Positions 23,244-35,288 of a stretch of DNA of 38,279 nucleotides are shown here, one piece after another. Under the pieces are notes generated by a model. That model saw only the letters and a program-made list of their open reading frames with translations. It was not told the origin of the DNA and ran no database searches. Source of the stretch: Basidiobolus ranarum (lineage: Eukaryota); NCBI GenBank assembly GCA_040143965.1, contig JASJQH010006923.1, positions 1-38,279 of the forward strand, given 5' to 3'. Made by a program: the position numbers and the translations under genes. The first letter of the stretch is position 1. Every line of letters begins with the position of its first letter.

Positions 23244-24125
23244 TTAAACTACTCGTTTAGTACGCCAGTCTAATAAATCTTCATATTCCGAGTCGTCTGT
23301 TGACTCCTTTTCGTCTTCACTCATATTTGTTACAACAGGTTCCCCTATAATCCGTCTATTCTCAGCTGCTTTCATTCGTAAAAGATTTACTCGATTGAGT
23401 AGACTCTCTTGGGTACGACGCTCTTCCTCATCTCTATCTAAAGCCGTCTCAATCTCTTCCTGTTCAAATATCTTCTCCGAACGTTGGGTTTCCTTGTTTA
23501 TTTCTTCTTGGAATATTTCCCATTCTTTTTCCAGGCTCTTTTCTTTCTTCGTAGGAGCAGATGGGCCCAGGGTTTTCAATTCCTCCTCCTTATTATCGAA
23601 GAAACCAGCTGGTAAAGCACTTTCAGGTGTTTCTGTTGACTCTTCATTTACCTGAGAAGGTTGTTCACTAGGGGACACTGGCTCCTCTGAAGGTTCGTCG
23701 AAAAAGCCAGGTGGAAGTGAAGACTCCTCATGGTTGGGTGTATGCTCTTCTTGTACAGAACTGGAATCCGCGTCAGCTTTAAACTTTTTAGACTTTGGTT
23801 CGACTATGTCTTCTGCCGATTCCTCTTCTGATAGATCTTCGTGTGCAACTAAACTAGGTTGCGCATTGGACTGGTTGCGATTATTCGAAATATTCTTCCC
23901 ACTGTTGACTTTGGGAAGTGCTTTCACTCGATCAAGGTTCTCCTTATGAATTTTGCTCGACAAATGTACAGGCCACCCCCTTTCACTTTTTACTGTACTA
24001 TTACACAAGATACAAGTCAATCGGCCTAAAGTATCATATTTCGCTAAAGGATGCTCTATTTTTGCAGTACTTGAACGATTCTGCTTTGCTTTACTTAACA
24101 ACTTACGTACATTCGTGTTGGACAT
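23244..24125 (-). CDS. ZNF830: Zinc finger protein 830 (ZNF830/CCDC16)-like spliceosome-associated protein, intronless
   Basis: KIEHPLAKYDTLGRLTCILCNSTVKSERGWPVHLSSKIH U1-type finger; LPxGFFD twice; coiled coil EKEWEIFQEEI; terminal DLLDWRTK. Confidence 0.85.
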   Translation of the reverse strand: MSNTNVRKLLSKAKQNRSSTAKIEHPLAKYDTLGRLTCILCNSTVKSERGWPVHLSSKIHKENLDRVKALPKVNSGKNISNNRNQSNAQPSLVAHEDLSEEESAEDIVEPKSKKFKADADSSSVQEEHTPNHEESSLPPGFFDEPSEEPVSPSEQPSQVNEESTETPESALPAGFFDNKEEELKTLGPSAPTKKEKSLEKEWEIFQEEINKETQRSEKIFEQEEIETALDRDEEERRTQESLLNRVNLLRMKAAENRRIIGEPVVTNMSEDEKESTDDSEYEDLLDWRTKRVV

Positions 24126-24497
24126 TTCACTTTAAATTGAAATTTAGAGAATAAATCAACGTACAAAATATACTAAAGATGATATCCAATTATTGATATA
24201 TTGAAATTTCATACAAAATCATTATTTAAAATTTTAATCCTTCAATCATCTGTTTAATTAGTAAATTGTGGTTATTATTCACTTTTTTTCATCGTAGGAT
24301 CAAATTGAATGCAAATTAGTTTGGAATTCATTTGCTTGAAATGTCACCATTGAAAGTTTGAAATAACAATCTCCAATGGATCTTTTTATTATGATATTAC
24401 AACCACATGCTATATATTCACTTCAAGATGAATGTAAAGTTTTATTACAAAAGATAGAATCATCCATATCTTCAAATCCTTTTTTAGCATAGTCACA

Positions 24498-27114
24498 CTA
24501 ATCCAACACAATCACTCCATCGTTCTCCTCTACGATGGTAACCTCTGGTTGCGAAACCCCGTTACTTTCAACAGCTAGGCGTTTGTTGGATTCTGGTTGA
24601 GAGACCGAAGCTATTTCCTCAACTTTACGTTTAACATGGCGAGTCAAACCAGAGTTTATGTCAGACTCTTCAGATACGGACAGTCCCTCAATATTGAATG
24701 CAAGTTCATCCCCAAGGGAATCGCTAATAAATTGAACGAAAAGTTGAATACTTTGACAGGTCGATGGTGATTTTAACATATACTTTACCATTGACGAATG
24801 ATGAATACAATAGAGTTTGTCGAGTCTTCATCTGATACAGTAAGCATCTTGCCGTCTGTTATTCCAAGAGATTCGAAGGTACTTTCCGCGTTATCTTCAA
24901 ATTCAACATCATACAAAAGTCTATTTTTCAATCACGTTGGAATTCGATTAGAATGAAATGGTTGACACACTTATGTAATAGAAACAAGTACCTCTCGCCT
25001 TCCAATATAGTGATTTCTTCACCCATTTTGATATTCCCAGATGGATCTTGGACAACATCGATAAATTTCTGAAGGGTAAAAGTACTGAGGTTTGCTTTGA
25101 AAGTGGCATGAGAATTACTACAAACGTAGCAAGATGGGTTTGGTGGAGCAAGTTTCTCAGAATATAGAAGCTTCGGTCTACGAGAACCATACACTAGATA
25201 GGTCTAAAAATAACGTTTAACAGTATTACAAATAAAAACACTTCTATCTATAACTCACCGTTGAACACTCGTTAACTTTGTCATTCAAAATTTTATATGC
25301 CTCCATTACTACGAGTCCGGCAATAATAGCGTTGGTGGTTGCAATCGCAGGGATGATATTTCCAGCCATCGCTGAATTGCAATTATTCGTTTAGTCAAAT
25401 CAAAATGTACATCATTCAATCCAAAATGTGTCTTTACCCTTTACTTGGAATCGACTTTTCTCTTCTATACCAAATATCTTGGCTCGCAAATTGGCGGCAG
25501 CGGTAACAAAATCCAAGCTATCATCGTCATCCTTATCGAAATACAAAGAGGCCTCGGGATCCTGTTTTACAGCTGCCAGGTACCTATCACTAAGGTCTTG
25601 GATACTGGGTTTCAGAGTATCTGTAATGAGCGAAACTTGTACTAATAGTAAATGTGTCGATATCTATGCGTACCTAGAAAGGAAGTGCTGGAAATTCTCC
25701 TTCAATGACCAAACAACTTGGTCTTTTAACTGAGATGTGTTGGATCCGGTTGAATCTTCGGGCAGTTGGTTTATTTCTTCGAAAAGCAACGGAGATGGAG
25801 GTTGTCTTGACTTCCACATATCTGGCATAGACGCCAGACGAGTAATGTCGTCTGTGAATACCTATTCGAGCAATATATCATTAATTTCTTAGTATGATTA
25901 AATATATCAAACTACCCCATTCACCACACACTTTTTCAAATACTTGATGTGCATATTCTGGCGTTCCTATAGACTCTCTTAAACGTTTAAGAGACTCGGC
26001 CTCCTTCTTCAAGCTTTCAATTTCTTGTGCTTTGGATAGAAGTAATGTAAAAGTTCACAAAGATGCGAGTCAATATTATGGTCAAATATGGTTCCTATCA
26101 TTTTGAGATGAAGACCTACCATTCTCTGCACTGTCCTCGAAATCCTCTACTTTGTCGTCTTCGTCACTCTTCCCAAATAGTTGACTAAGAAGAAGGATCA
26201 ATTTATGAACACTAATAATGAATATATTTCGGTTTTTCATTACCTAAAAAGATAATTTTTGGCCCAGACGATACAGTGAATAGGTGCACTAGGAGTACTT
26301 CTAATAGTACAAATTGGAAATGTTTTGGGTGTTGGCTTAGGCTGACAGTCAAAACACTCTGTAACGCCCTGTCGTTCGGAATGAAAATATTAGTAGGTAC
26401 GTATGATAAGAATATCGAAGAATCTACTAACCTTCCGAATGACAGTTACTTGGCCTAAATATCCAGCTGTACCAGATTCGATCAATGGCACGTCACTGGC
26501 CAAACACATAAGATTAACGCGACGACGGGCATCTTGAAAATACTTTAAAAAACAGAACAGGTTCAAATGGTTTCAAATATTACAAACCTAAATTATCTAA
26601 CGCATTCATCACTACGTCAAACTGCTTAAACCATTCCACACTAAACTGTGGATCGTTAATATTGGCGTGATGGGAGATAATATTTACGTTCGGATTGAAT
26701 TTGGTAACCGATTCTCTGGCAACCTATCAATATAGCGATTTAATATCTTCCAAGTGAAAAGAAAATCAAGAATTACGATTCTCTTACGTGTGCTTTAGAT
26801 TTTTTAATGTGTTGCTTTTGAAATAAAAACTGACGATTTAGGTTTGACAAATCGATGGTATCCAAATCAACCTAATTATTAACAAAGAATAAGACACAAT
26901 AGAAAACCTTTAGTTTCGACCAAGTGAAATAAATCAACTTCGATAATGATTAACAAAAGCTTACTATCTCGATGTTTTTGAAACCGGACATGACTAAATT
27001 TTTCAGTAACTCGCATCCAATACCACCAGCGCCTACTACCAAAATCTTGGAAGTTGATATTTTCTCAAATAGAGTACTGCCCAGGCAGTTTTCTAGGTGT
27101 GTGGTATTTGACAT
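24498..27114 (-). CDS. UBA2: SUMO-activating enzyme E1 subunit 2 (Uba2/SAE2); multi-exon
   Basis: [54 protein letters not shown]; catalytic [69 protein letters not shown]-terminal SIM-like VIVLD. Confidence 0.95.
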
Positions 27115-27608
27115 GGTTAAAGTAAACTCTTCACCGATAAAGAAAAGAGATAAACAAAAATTGGACCAAGAAATATTGGTTAAATGCACCCTGCTCTACT
27201 GGAATATTTCGCGTACCTGATTCTCTAATATTCAGAACTCTAAATGATGATCATGCATTATACTATATTATTATCACCATCATTACGAAATTAGCAAAAC
27301 ATTCTTAATCCTTCGTTAATTGTTGTCATTACTAGTCAATCCCCATCTATATAGCTATAGATATAAATCTCAACAATAAATCAGCACTCGAGAAAAGCAT
27401 TGTATAAAGATTAAAGTTTTATCAAGAGAATTGGTTTGGGTTGGCTCCAATTACTCTCCATTTATGTTGAAAGATACAAAAGAGTGGATAAATGTAATAC
27501 GTTGTTCGTAGAGAAGCAACGAGGTTCATGAATTTGTCTGACCCTCAATACATAATTCTCTTATGTGTATGTATCGAGGTAAGATGTGTAAAGAAGAGGA
27601 AAGCACAT

Positions 27609-28136
27609 TTAAACCCTGGCTTTAGTTTCAGGCTCCCATGCAGAGATTTTGGGTTTAGTGGTACTGTATGATCTGTAGGCTTTCTCGGTACCAGTATAGT
27701 TGGGATAATACTCTTGAGAATTCCACTTGTATTGAGTAAACTGATAGTTATCTGGGGTTCTTTCTGAACTCTTATGAACCCAACCATGCCATTCTGGTGG
27801 GATTTGGGAAGCGTCGTACTCTCCTTTAGCGAAATCTATCCATCTTTCACGACCTATGTAAGAAACAAGGGAAACCTTTAACAATAATTCTTGTAAAATT
27901 CTTATCCCGAATGAGACCGTTTAAGATAGTAATCCCAGGAAGTATCGGATTTAAAGTAAGGAAAGTGCTAATTTACCGAAGTTTTCGTCGTTATTCTCAT
28001 AGTATCTGTTGCCGAATTTATCGGTACCAACTAATTTACCAACTTTGAAGTCACCAATATAAAGGCAGGAACGCCAGAGATCCTTTGGAGTGGCGGCAAG
28101 TTTAACGAAGTTCTTTACAGCACGAACTAAAGACAT
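27609..28136 (-). CDS. NDUFA12: NADH:ubiquinone oxidoreductase subunit A12 (B17.2). Exons 28136-27977 and 27853-27609
   Basis: GKLVGTDKFGNRYYEN, GRERW, YDASQIPPEWHGWVH, NYTGT..AYRSYSTTKPKISAWEP. Confidence 0.93.
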
Positions 28137-28670
28137 AGTTGCTGATACTTTAAAGCAAGATAGTTCTAGAGTACGAGTATTCAAGAGACTCTATCAAAAG
28201 ATCCCATCTTACTTTTTCCCATCATTCTTTCATCACTAAAGCTGCGGGGTAATGGGGGCTATCTTTCATCACGGGGGGAGCCCCAACCAGATCTGGGAAT
28301 ACTAACTTGGTTACTTTATGTAAATATTTATGCAGGTTTAGTTTGCATTGAATAGTGAGTATGTCCTCACTTTTTGTTGATACTAGGAAAACAATGTTCC
28401 ATGCAAACGAATATTTTAATCTATTTTCAACAACTCCTTTGATCGTCTAAATTCTACGTAAATCTTGTTCACATCATGCTTAAAATTATCCATTGATAGA
28501 AGAAATATGTCCTTTTGTTGATTGAGTATCAATTGCTTATTTGTCTACTTTACTGGCCCCGAATCACGTGAGAATTGGGATTAGATCAGTGTGATATACA
28601 TTTTAATGAATTTAGCGAAAGAACCATAACCTAGTGTTGTAATAACTCGAAGGTTTCTTGTTTAATAAAC

Positions 28671-31653
28671 ATGACTCTCAGCCAGAAGTCAGGTGGAATT
28701 GACTTTACTTATTATGAAGACGTGACAACCTTGGCTTATTTTGAACCAATCGTAATACCTCTCCTAAACGAATTAAGAACTACCAACCCTGGTTTAGAGC
28801 TCGATCTATCTGCTCATGAACTAGCTCACTTGACCGCAAAACTTCAACAATTTCAGGAAGACGCGTTAGGAAAAAAGGTTCAACGTCAACCTTCCTATCC
28901 GATGAGAATTCCGGCGAAATTATTTAAATGTGCTAACCTAACGCCAAAATCTGCTTTATTCCATATATTGAAAGCAGCATATCAATATCGTTTAGTTCAC
29001 GGATGGAAAGATTGGGGTTTTGAAAACCAGCAAAAACGTGAAAAATTAATTAGTCTCATTGTTTATTTACGCGACGTTTTAACTCGTTTGGGTTTGTTAC
29101 GAAGCCCAAGAATCCTTTTCTCTGACTCTATCGATACGAATGTACGGGACGAACTATTTGAACTTGCTTTGGCGTTGAAAGGTACTTGGCTATTTCAAAG
29201 GTTTATTATGTACGATTATTAATAGAAATTATTTTTGATATTTCGATAGCTTCGGTTGTTACTCGTTCTTCTCAAGCAACTCACATTTTGGATACAAATG
29301 AGGAGTCTAACGATGAAGTCGATGAGGAATGGTTTCGAACACTTGACAAAAAGGATGAGCGCGTTCTCGTTCACTGGTGGTATTATCCAGATTCGTATGA
29401 TGCCTGGGTACCAGAAACCCCTGTATTCGCCGCTGAGCCTGAACCAGCACCAGATCATGATGGCGCATGGACCGTTACCACTAGGTGGCTTCGTGATAGT
29501 TATAAATTTAACGAATGGATGAATGAGGAGGACTATGAGGCAATGCGGTCGGATTCTTCCGATTCCAGGTCGGCCATAAGTGGTATGAAACGCAGTGTGT
29601 CAGTAGCATTCAACTCGGAAGATACTCCAGTTTTTGATAATGAATTTAAAAGAATGAGAGCTGAGGATGAAGGAATCGAGCTTCCCGACCCCATTCCTGA
29701 CCATCCAAATGTTAGTGTGATAGACCTTGAGCAAAATGGCCCTCGTCCCGGAAGCAGGTCCAAGAGAAATGAATATGAACCATTGCCATCTGGGGATATA
29801 TCCAATATATCCAGACTGGTAGCTTTAGATAGAAAAACTATAACGAACTTTACCCAACCAAAATCATCAGCTGGAAGTCCCTCCGAGCACCAAGAGTCAA
29901 CCGAAAAAAACAGTGCAACTGGCGACCTTCAGGCTAATTCTAGTGAAACTGAAAAGGCTATAGAGCAACCCAACACGCCAGTAAAAACATTAACAAATGA
30001 CATATCCAACACTACTTTACATCCTGAGCTTAATCAACCGGCTCGATTTTCGGGAGTACCGATATTTGCATCGTGGTTTTCTGAGGCAGAGGTTCATGAT
30101 ATTGAGATTAAGGCATTACCAGAGTTTTTCGATGCTGAAGACACCGATACCGCATATCAAGGCTATCGGAACCGTTTAATTGAAATTTATCGCCAAAATC
30201 CCTCAGAATACCTGACTGTTGCTGGATGTAGAAAAGAGTTGGGTGGTGATGTTCGTGCAATTGTTCGCATACACGCCTTTTTGGAGCAGTGGGGTATCAT
30301 TAATTATTTGGTAAGTTAGTGATGGTTCAATATATATTTCACTAGCGGCTAATTTCTTTCTAACATTAGTGCAACCCTGAACTTTCGTCAGAACTCAATG
30401 CAGTCGTAACTACCGGACGCATAAGCTCTTCGGAGCACAGTACCGAAAAGCCTTCCGAGTGCTTTACTGACCGCACTCTTCAACTAAGGAAGCATATCTA
30501 TCAACCATCGAGTGACTTCCAGGCATTAGAATCTTCGCATTCTGCCGATTCACCCGTTATCAATCAATTAGACCCATGTGCAGATATCTTTGAAGATGGA
30601 CCTATTGACGGCGACAACAAATACCAATGTAGTATCTGTGATGTTGACTGTTCCAAGTTACGCTACAGCTGCTCAAGAGGAAAGAAGTTAGAACTTTGCC
30701 AAGATTGCTTCTTGGATGGAAAATTTCCAATGAATTTTTACAGTGGAGATTTTGTAAAGATTGAAGATGCATTACTGAGACAGATCGACGACGAGCCTTG
30801 GACAGATCAAGAAACTTTGTTGTTGTTGGAAGGAGTGGAGGAATTTAAGGACGATTGGAACAGGATTGCTGAGGTGGTAGGAACTCGTAGTCGTGAGCAA
30901 TGTGTACTCCACTTTCTACAGCTTCCCATTGAGGAACCTTTTTTGCATACCCAGAAATCCGAATTAGACGTAGACAATCTAGATTCTTTGGCATTTTGTC
31001 ACTCCGAAAACCCCGTAATGAAAACGGTCGTATTTTTAGGATCAGTGGTTAATCCAGGGATTGGCGCAGCTGCTGCTAAAGCTGCATTAAAATCATTAGC
31101 TCAAAGTGCAACTGAAATGAAACAATCTGGAAGAGAAATATTTGCTGAATCACAGTCTACAATTGACTCACAATCGTTAGACGCATCCCTAGAAAGCACA
31201 GAAAACGATTCATTATCAGTACCGATGGAAACCTCGAACCCGGAAGAATTCATAGAGAATAATCCTGAGCCAATTGCTGCAATGGGCACACAACCTTTCT
31301 TTCAAAAGCGGGACCTTCTTAAAGCCAGCGCGGCGGCCATTCGGTCGGCATCAGAAAAAGCCTATGCACTAGCGCAATACGAAGAAAGAGAAGTACAGAG
31401 GTTGGTCAATACGGTACTTGACGCGCAGCTAAAGAAAATAGACTTGAAGCTACAATACCTGGAAGAACTAGAGAAAAGCATGGATCATGAGCTAGTGGAT
31501 CTGGAAAAGCAACGATCAATCCTGGAAAATGATCGATTAAACGTCAAACTCTCCATCAGCTCGCTGGCTGATAAAATGGGAGTTTCAGATATGCAAACAA
31601 TGGATTATTCGCATCATAGTAACCAAAACGCACCGGACAATGCGTATTTCTAA
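28671..31653 (+). CDS. SWI/SNF-RSC core subunit SMARCC/Swi3/Rsc8-like. Exons 28671-29181, 29250-30310, 30370-31653
   Basis: BAF155-type VLVHWWYYPDSYDAWV and FNEWMNEEDYE; SWIRM (ASWF..VHDIEIKALPEFF..RIHAFLEQWGIINY); ZZ-like CSICDVDC..CQDCF..G; SANT WTDQETLLLLEGVEEFKDDWNRIAEVVGTRSREQCVLHFLQLPIEE; coiled coil EEREVQRLV..QLKKIDLKLQYLEELE. Confidence 0.93.
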
Positions 31654-32388
31654 ATCCCCAGGTCCCATTGTGTAGAAATTATAATTTGACGAATCTTCAC
31701 TTAATAGACATAATTTTATATATAAATGTATCAACTCGTTAATGTATTATTGTTACACGAGGAGGGGTTGGTGGATGGAAGCGCATTAATAACAATAACA
31801 TGCCACCGAGGCACCACTGGCCTCAACTTATCATTCCTAAAATCACTAGCAATCACAGCAACTGGACGGAATTCTATATTTGGTCAGTTGATCTAGTTTT
31901 GGAACTTCGCCCAAGAAAAGATTTTTTTGATATGTCAATCACTTTCACGTGAAATTCCCCGATTAGAACATTCATTTGTTATAAACACCCTTGAACCCTA
32001 CTTGTGTGGTGGTCTTAGTCCAAGTCTGCTGTACCCACTTCACTCACTTCGTTTCTTCGCTTGGTGATGAAGTGCCTACCTGCCCTACCACCACCACCAT
32101 CGTTTTACCAACATCACTCTCGCTGTATCTTTTTTTCCGATCTACTACAGCCACACTGCCAAGGAGGTTAAATTGAATCATTTGCGTGCGGTGCTACCTA
32201 ACTATTCACATATCTTTGATCAGAAAGGCAAGCTTATGTTAGAAAGGGTCCGGATTTAGAAATAACTGGTTAGATAACAAATTATTAGCTCTGGTAGATG
32301 GTGGATGATGGTAAAGGGGATTGTTATATTATGATTGGAACATGTACGATTTCATTTGGATCCAGTAGTCGTAAGCATTATGTTCCCC

Positions 32389-32423
32389 ATGAGCCAATCC
32401 ATATGAGCCAATCCATATAAATA
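32389..32423 (+). promoter_or_regulatory. 14-bp direct repeat carrying two CCAAT boxes fused to a TATA box upstream of YOP1
   Basis: atgagccaatccat twice (32389-32416), then TATAAATA at 32416-32423; ATG at 32487. Confidence 0.65.
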
Positions 32424-32486
32424 TCTCTCTCTCCTGAATAGAGTGCCTCTTACTTTTCCTTACTCTCCTCTATTAACTTCACTCAA

Positions 32487-33067
32487 ATGGATAAAGTACG
32501 TCATTATCAAGCTCAACTTGAAAAGGAGCTCAACAAGTACCCAATCTTTCAGCAACTCGAACAAAAGACCGGAGTTCCTAAGACTTACGCCGTTGGTGCT
32601 TGTGGTGGTCTCTTTGTACTATTCATTTTCTTCAACATCGCTGGTTCCCTTCTTACCAATCTCGTAGGTTGGGTCTATCCTGGTAAGTCTTGTTTTTGCT
32701 TTACTCTCAAACCATTTATACCCTTGACTAAGCAATCATTTTATTAGCTTACGCTTCTTTCAAGGCTATTGAATCTCATACCAAGGAAGACGACACTCAA
32801 TGGCTTACCTACTGGACCGTTTACGGATTCGTTAACGTCCTTGAATACTTCAGTGATGCCTTGTTGTACTGGATCCCCTTCTATTACCTCTTCAAGTTGG
32901 GTGCCCTTCTCTGGTTACTCCTTCCCCAATTCAAGGGAGCCGAGTATGTTTACAAGTCTTTCCTTCGTCCTCTTCTTCTCCAACACGAGAGCCGTCTTGA
33001 TGGTCTATTCGGTAAGGTTACCGCCAAGGCCAATGACGCTATCAACAACATTAACAAGACTCAATAA
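32487..33067 (+). CDS. YOP1: ER-shaping protein Yop1/DP1/REEP5 (TB2/DP1/HVA22 family). Exons 32487-32682 and 32748-33067
   Basis: LEQKTGVPKTYA; LLTNLVGWVYP|AYASFKAIES; DDTQWLTYWTVYG; WIPFYYLFK..WLLLPQFKGAEYVY..FLRP. Confidence 0.95.
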
Positions 33068-33589
33068 TTGTGTATGTCAAACTTGTGATCGTGTTTTTAG
33101 AACGAGCAGGTTGAGCAAGATTATTTGAATTCATTCTTGAATCGCAAGCGAAGTTGTATACGGATGTTGTTGGGATTAAAATCGTTTGCTTTGAGACGTA
33201 ATATACACTTAAAATACACCTTTTACAGATTCAGCTTCTTGCAATAGTAATAAATAAGTGAATAATTTAAAATGAGTGAAGTATTGTGTGATGGATTGGT
33301 CACTTGAATCTGGTTATTAAACCTAATAGGCAAGTATCAAGTATACTTGGTTTTGTTTGTGTGCAATGTTATCCAAATATGTGTATGAGTGCGTTAATGG
33401 TATCGGGTCGGGTGTTGAAACTTCACTTGGTATTCCTAAATGCCAATCTTTTGTTCAACGTGATAACAACAAACAATGGAAGAGCATATAGACTTATTTC
33501 CTATTCACGAATGAATATAAAAGTGACCTGTAACATGGACCACATTGTTGTGGTAGATGCACTGATATTGCTAAATCTATCCAACAACT

Positions 33590-34680
33590 ATGACTTCATA
33601 TCCACTTCACTGGTATTTCAAAAAAGGCGAACCTATTAAGACTCCTTCTTCACTGGACGGAATAGATTGTCACAAGGAGAAATTGGACCGATCTAAAGGT
33701 TGTACGTTGATTTTTAGTATTGGAATGACTTTGGAGTTGTATGTTTCTTTATATATATAGCATAATTACTAGAATAGACAACTGAATTCAGTTTTAATAC
33801 TTACTATTTTTTCTGTGGAAGACCTCAAATCACTTTGGCTACTGCAACTGTGTATTTCCACCGGTTTTATCTCCGACAATCTTTAAAGGAGTTTCATTAC
33901 TATGTAGGTTATTGGTTCTTGGAGTCATCACATCCCTTGATGTTCATATTTGAAGATAACTTTAACTATAGGATATTGGTACAACCTGTGTTTTCTTGGC
34001 ATGTAAAGTTGAAGAAACCAGGCGAAACTTACAAGATATCATCACTGTATATGCTCAAAAAGTTCACAAGCTTATTCTTGAAGAGAACTCTAAGGTATTC
34101 TTCAAATGAATTCAAGTACTATCCCCTATTTCAATATATATTTTTCTGCTTAGGAATTTTGTCAGTGGAAGGAGATGATTTTCAACTACGAAGTGATTTT
34201 GTTAGAAACTTTATGCTTTGAGTTAACCATCGAACATCCTTACAAAATATTGATCCGTCTGGTTCAAGAACTTCAAGGTATAATTGTTGTCATTAGGGAT
34301 CAAATCTTTGTAAAATTCATATATCTTCATGGATTTTTAGGTTCTAAGAAAGTTGCAAACATTGCTTGGGCCTTAATTAATCATAGGTATTTCTTGACTG
34401 ATTTTTATTAAACTAATATCTAGTTAATAGTCAGCTTGCGCACCGTTTTATGTATCACTTATCCACCACATGTAGTTGCAGCATCTGCATTTTATATCGC
34501 AAACAAGCTTCTGGATTCGAAACTGGATACATCTACTGAATGTAGTTGGTGGAAAATAATCGATGTGAATTTTAAGGATGTTAAAGGTATGTCATCCATT
34601 CATGCTTGAGAAATGAAGATTGATCGATTAGATATCTTTTTTTAATAGACGCATCAGTATTACTGCTGGATCAATGTTGA
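33590..34680 (+). CDS. Transcriptional cyclin (cyclin K/T, Pch1-like). Exons approx. 33590-33738, 33822-33903, 33972-34094, 34154-34277, 34341-34387, 34435-34587, 34649-34680
   Basis: Spliced product: WYF..TPSSLDGI..EKLDRSKGC..LPQITLATATVYFHRFYLRQS..CVFLACKVEET..EVILLETLCFELTIEHPY..AWALINHSLRTVLCITYPPHVVAASA. Six GT-AG introns keep frame. Confidence 0.88.
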
Positions 34681-35288
34681 CTTGGTTAAGTCTTAAATAA
34701 TCTAGATACTAAATTGATATACAATAAGTATAGGAATATAGGCTGTCGATCATTGGTTTTATGAACCTATTTATTGTCCTGATCCACCTTTTTTTGGAAT
34801 CTTGTAAAGCATTTCTACTTACTAAACGAAGTAGAGCATTGGTATAGTTTGAGATAGTATAGGTGACGGCTAGTTCTAAAGGTTGTTTGAGATTGACTTG
34901 TAGGCCTTACTTCACTCCTCAGCAATGAAGCGAAAGGGGAAACGATTCGAAACCAACTGGGTATCGGTGAAGTAGTTTAGAATGATACAGCATAAGGTGG
35001 GGGAAAGCAAGAGATGGAAGATAAAACATCTTACAAGTTGAAAAATAAAGGGAAGGACCAAGTATAATGTTTGTACAATAATAACCAAATCGATATGAAA
35101 AAAAGAGCGAAAGGGGAGATGTTCTAAACGGTCTCGTACGTGTGTGGGGTAAGGTGATTTCATATTCACGATTATGTACACCAAGGATGATAAATGCAAT
35201 GGAAAATGGTGAGTATATACTGATTATGTCTTGCAAGAATTAAATGCTTTCCCGATGGGAAGTAAACAGAAGTGATAAATAGCAAAAC

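Noticed and set aside
28225-28275. GTGATGA as a snoRNA box C (minus strand; also plus strand near 32064)
   Set aside because: No suitably placed box D (CTGA) or terminal stem.
31989-32002. AACCCTA as a telomerase RNA template
   Set aside because: Only 7 nt match a TTAGGG template, and no U-rich/A-rich pseudoknot partner is visible downstream.
33304-33639. 111-aa ORF upstream of the cyclin gene
   Set aside because: Non-ATG start, no family signal, and it overlaps the cyclin promoter and first exon in another frame.
34675-34790. TGT-TGA at the cyclin end read as Cys-selenocysteine
   Set aside because: The TGA falls where the cyclin fold ends, cyclins are not a known selenoprotein family, and the nearby ATGA...TGAT is too short for a SECIS stem.
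34912-35236. Two minus-strand ORFs downstream of the NR-like gene
   Set aside because: Low-complexity F/L/Y-rich translations typical of a U-rich 3' UTR.
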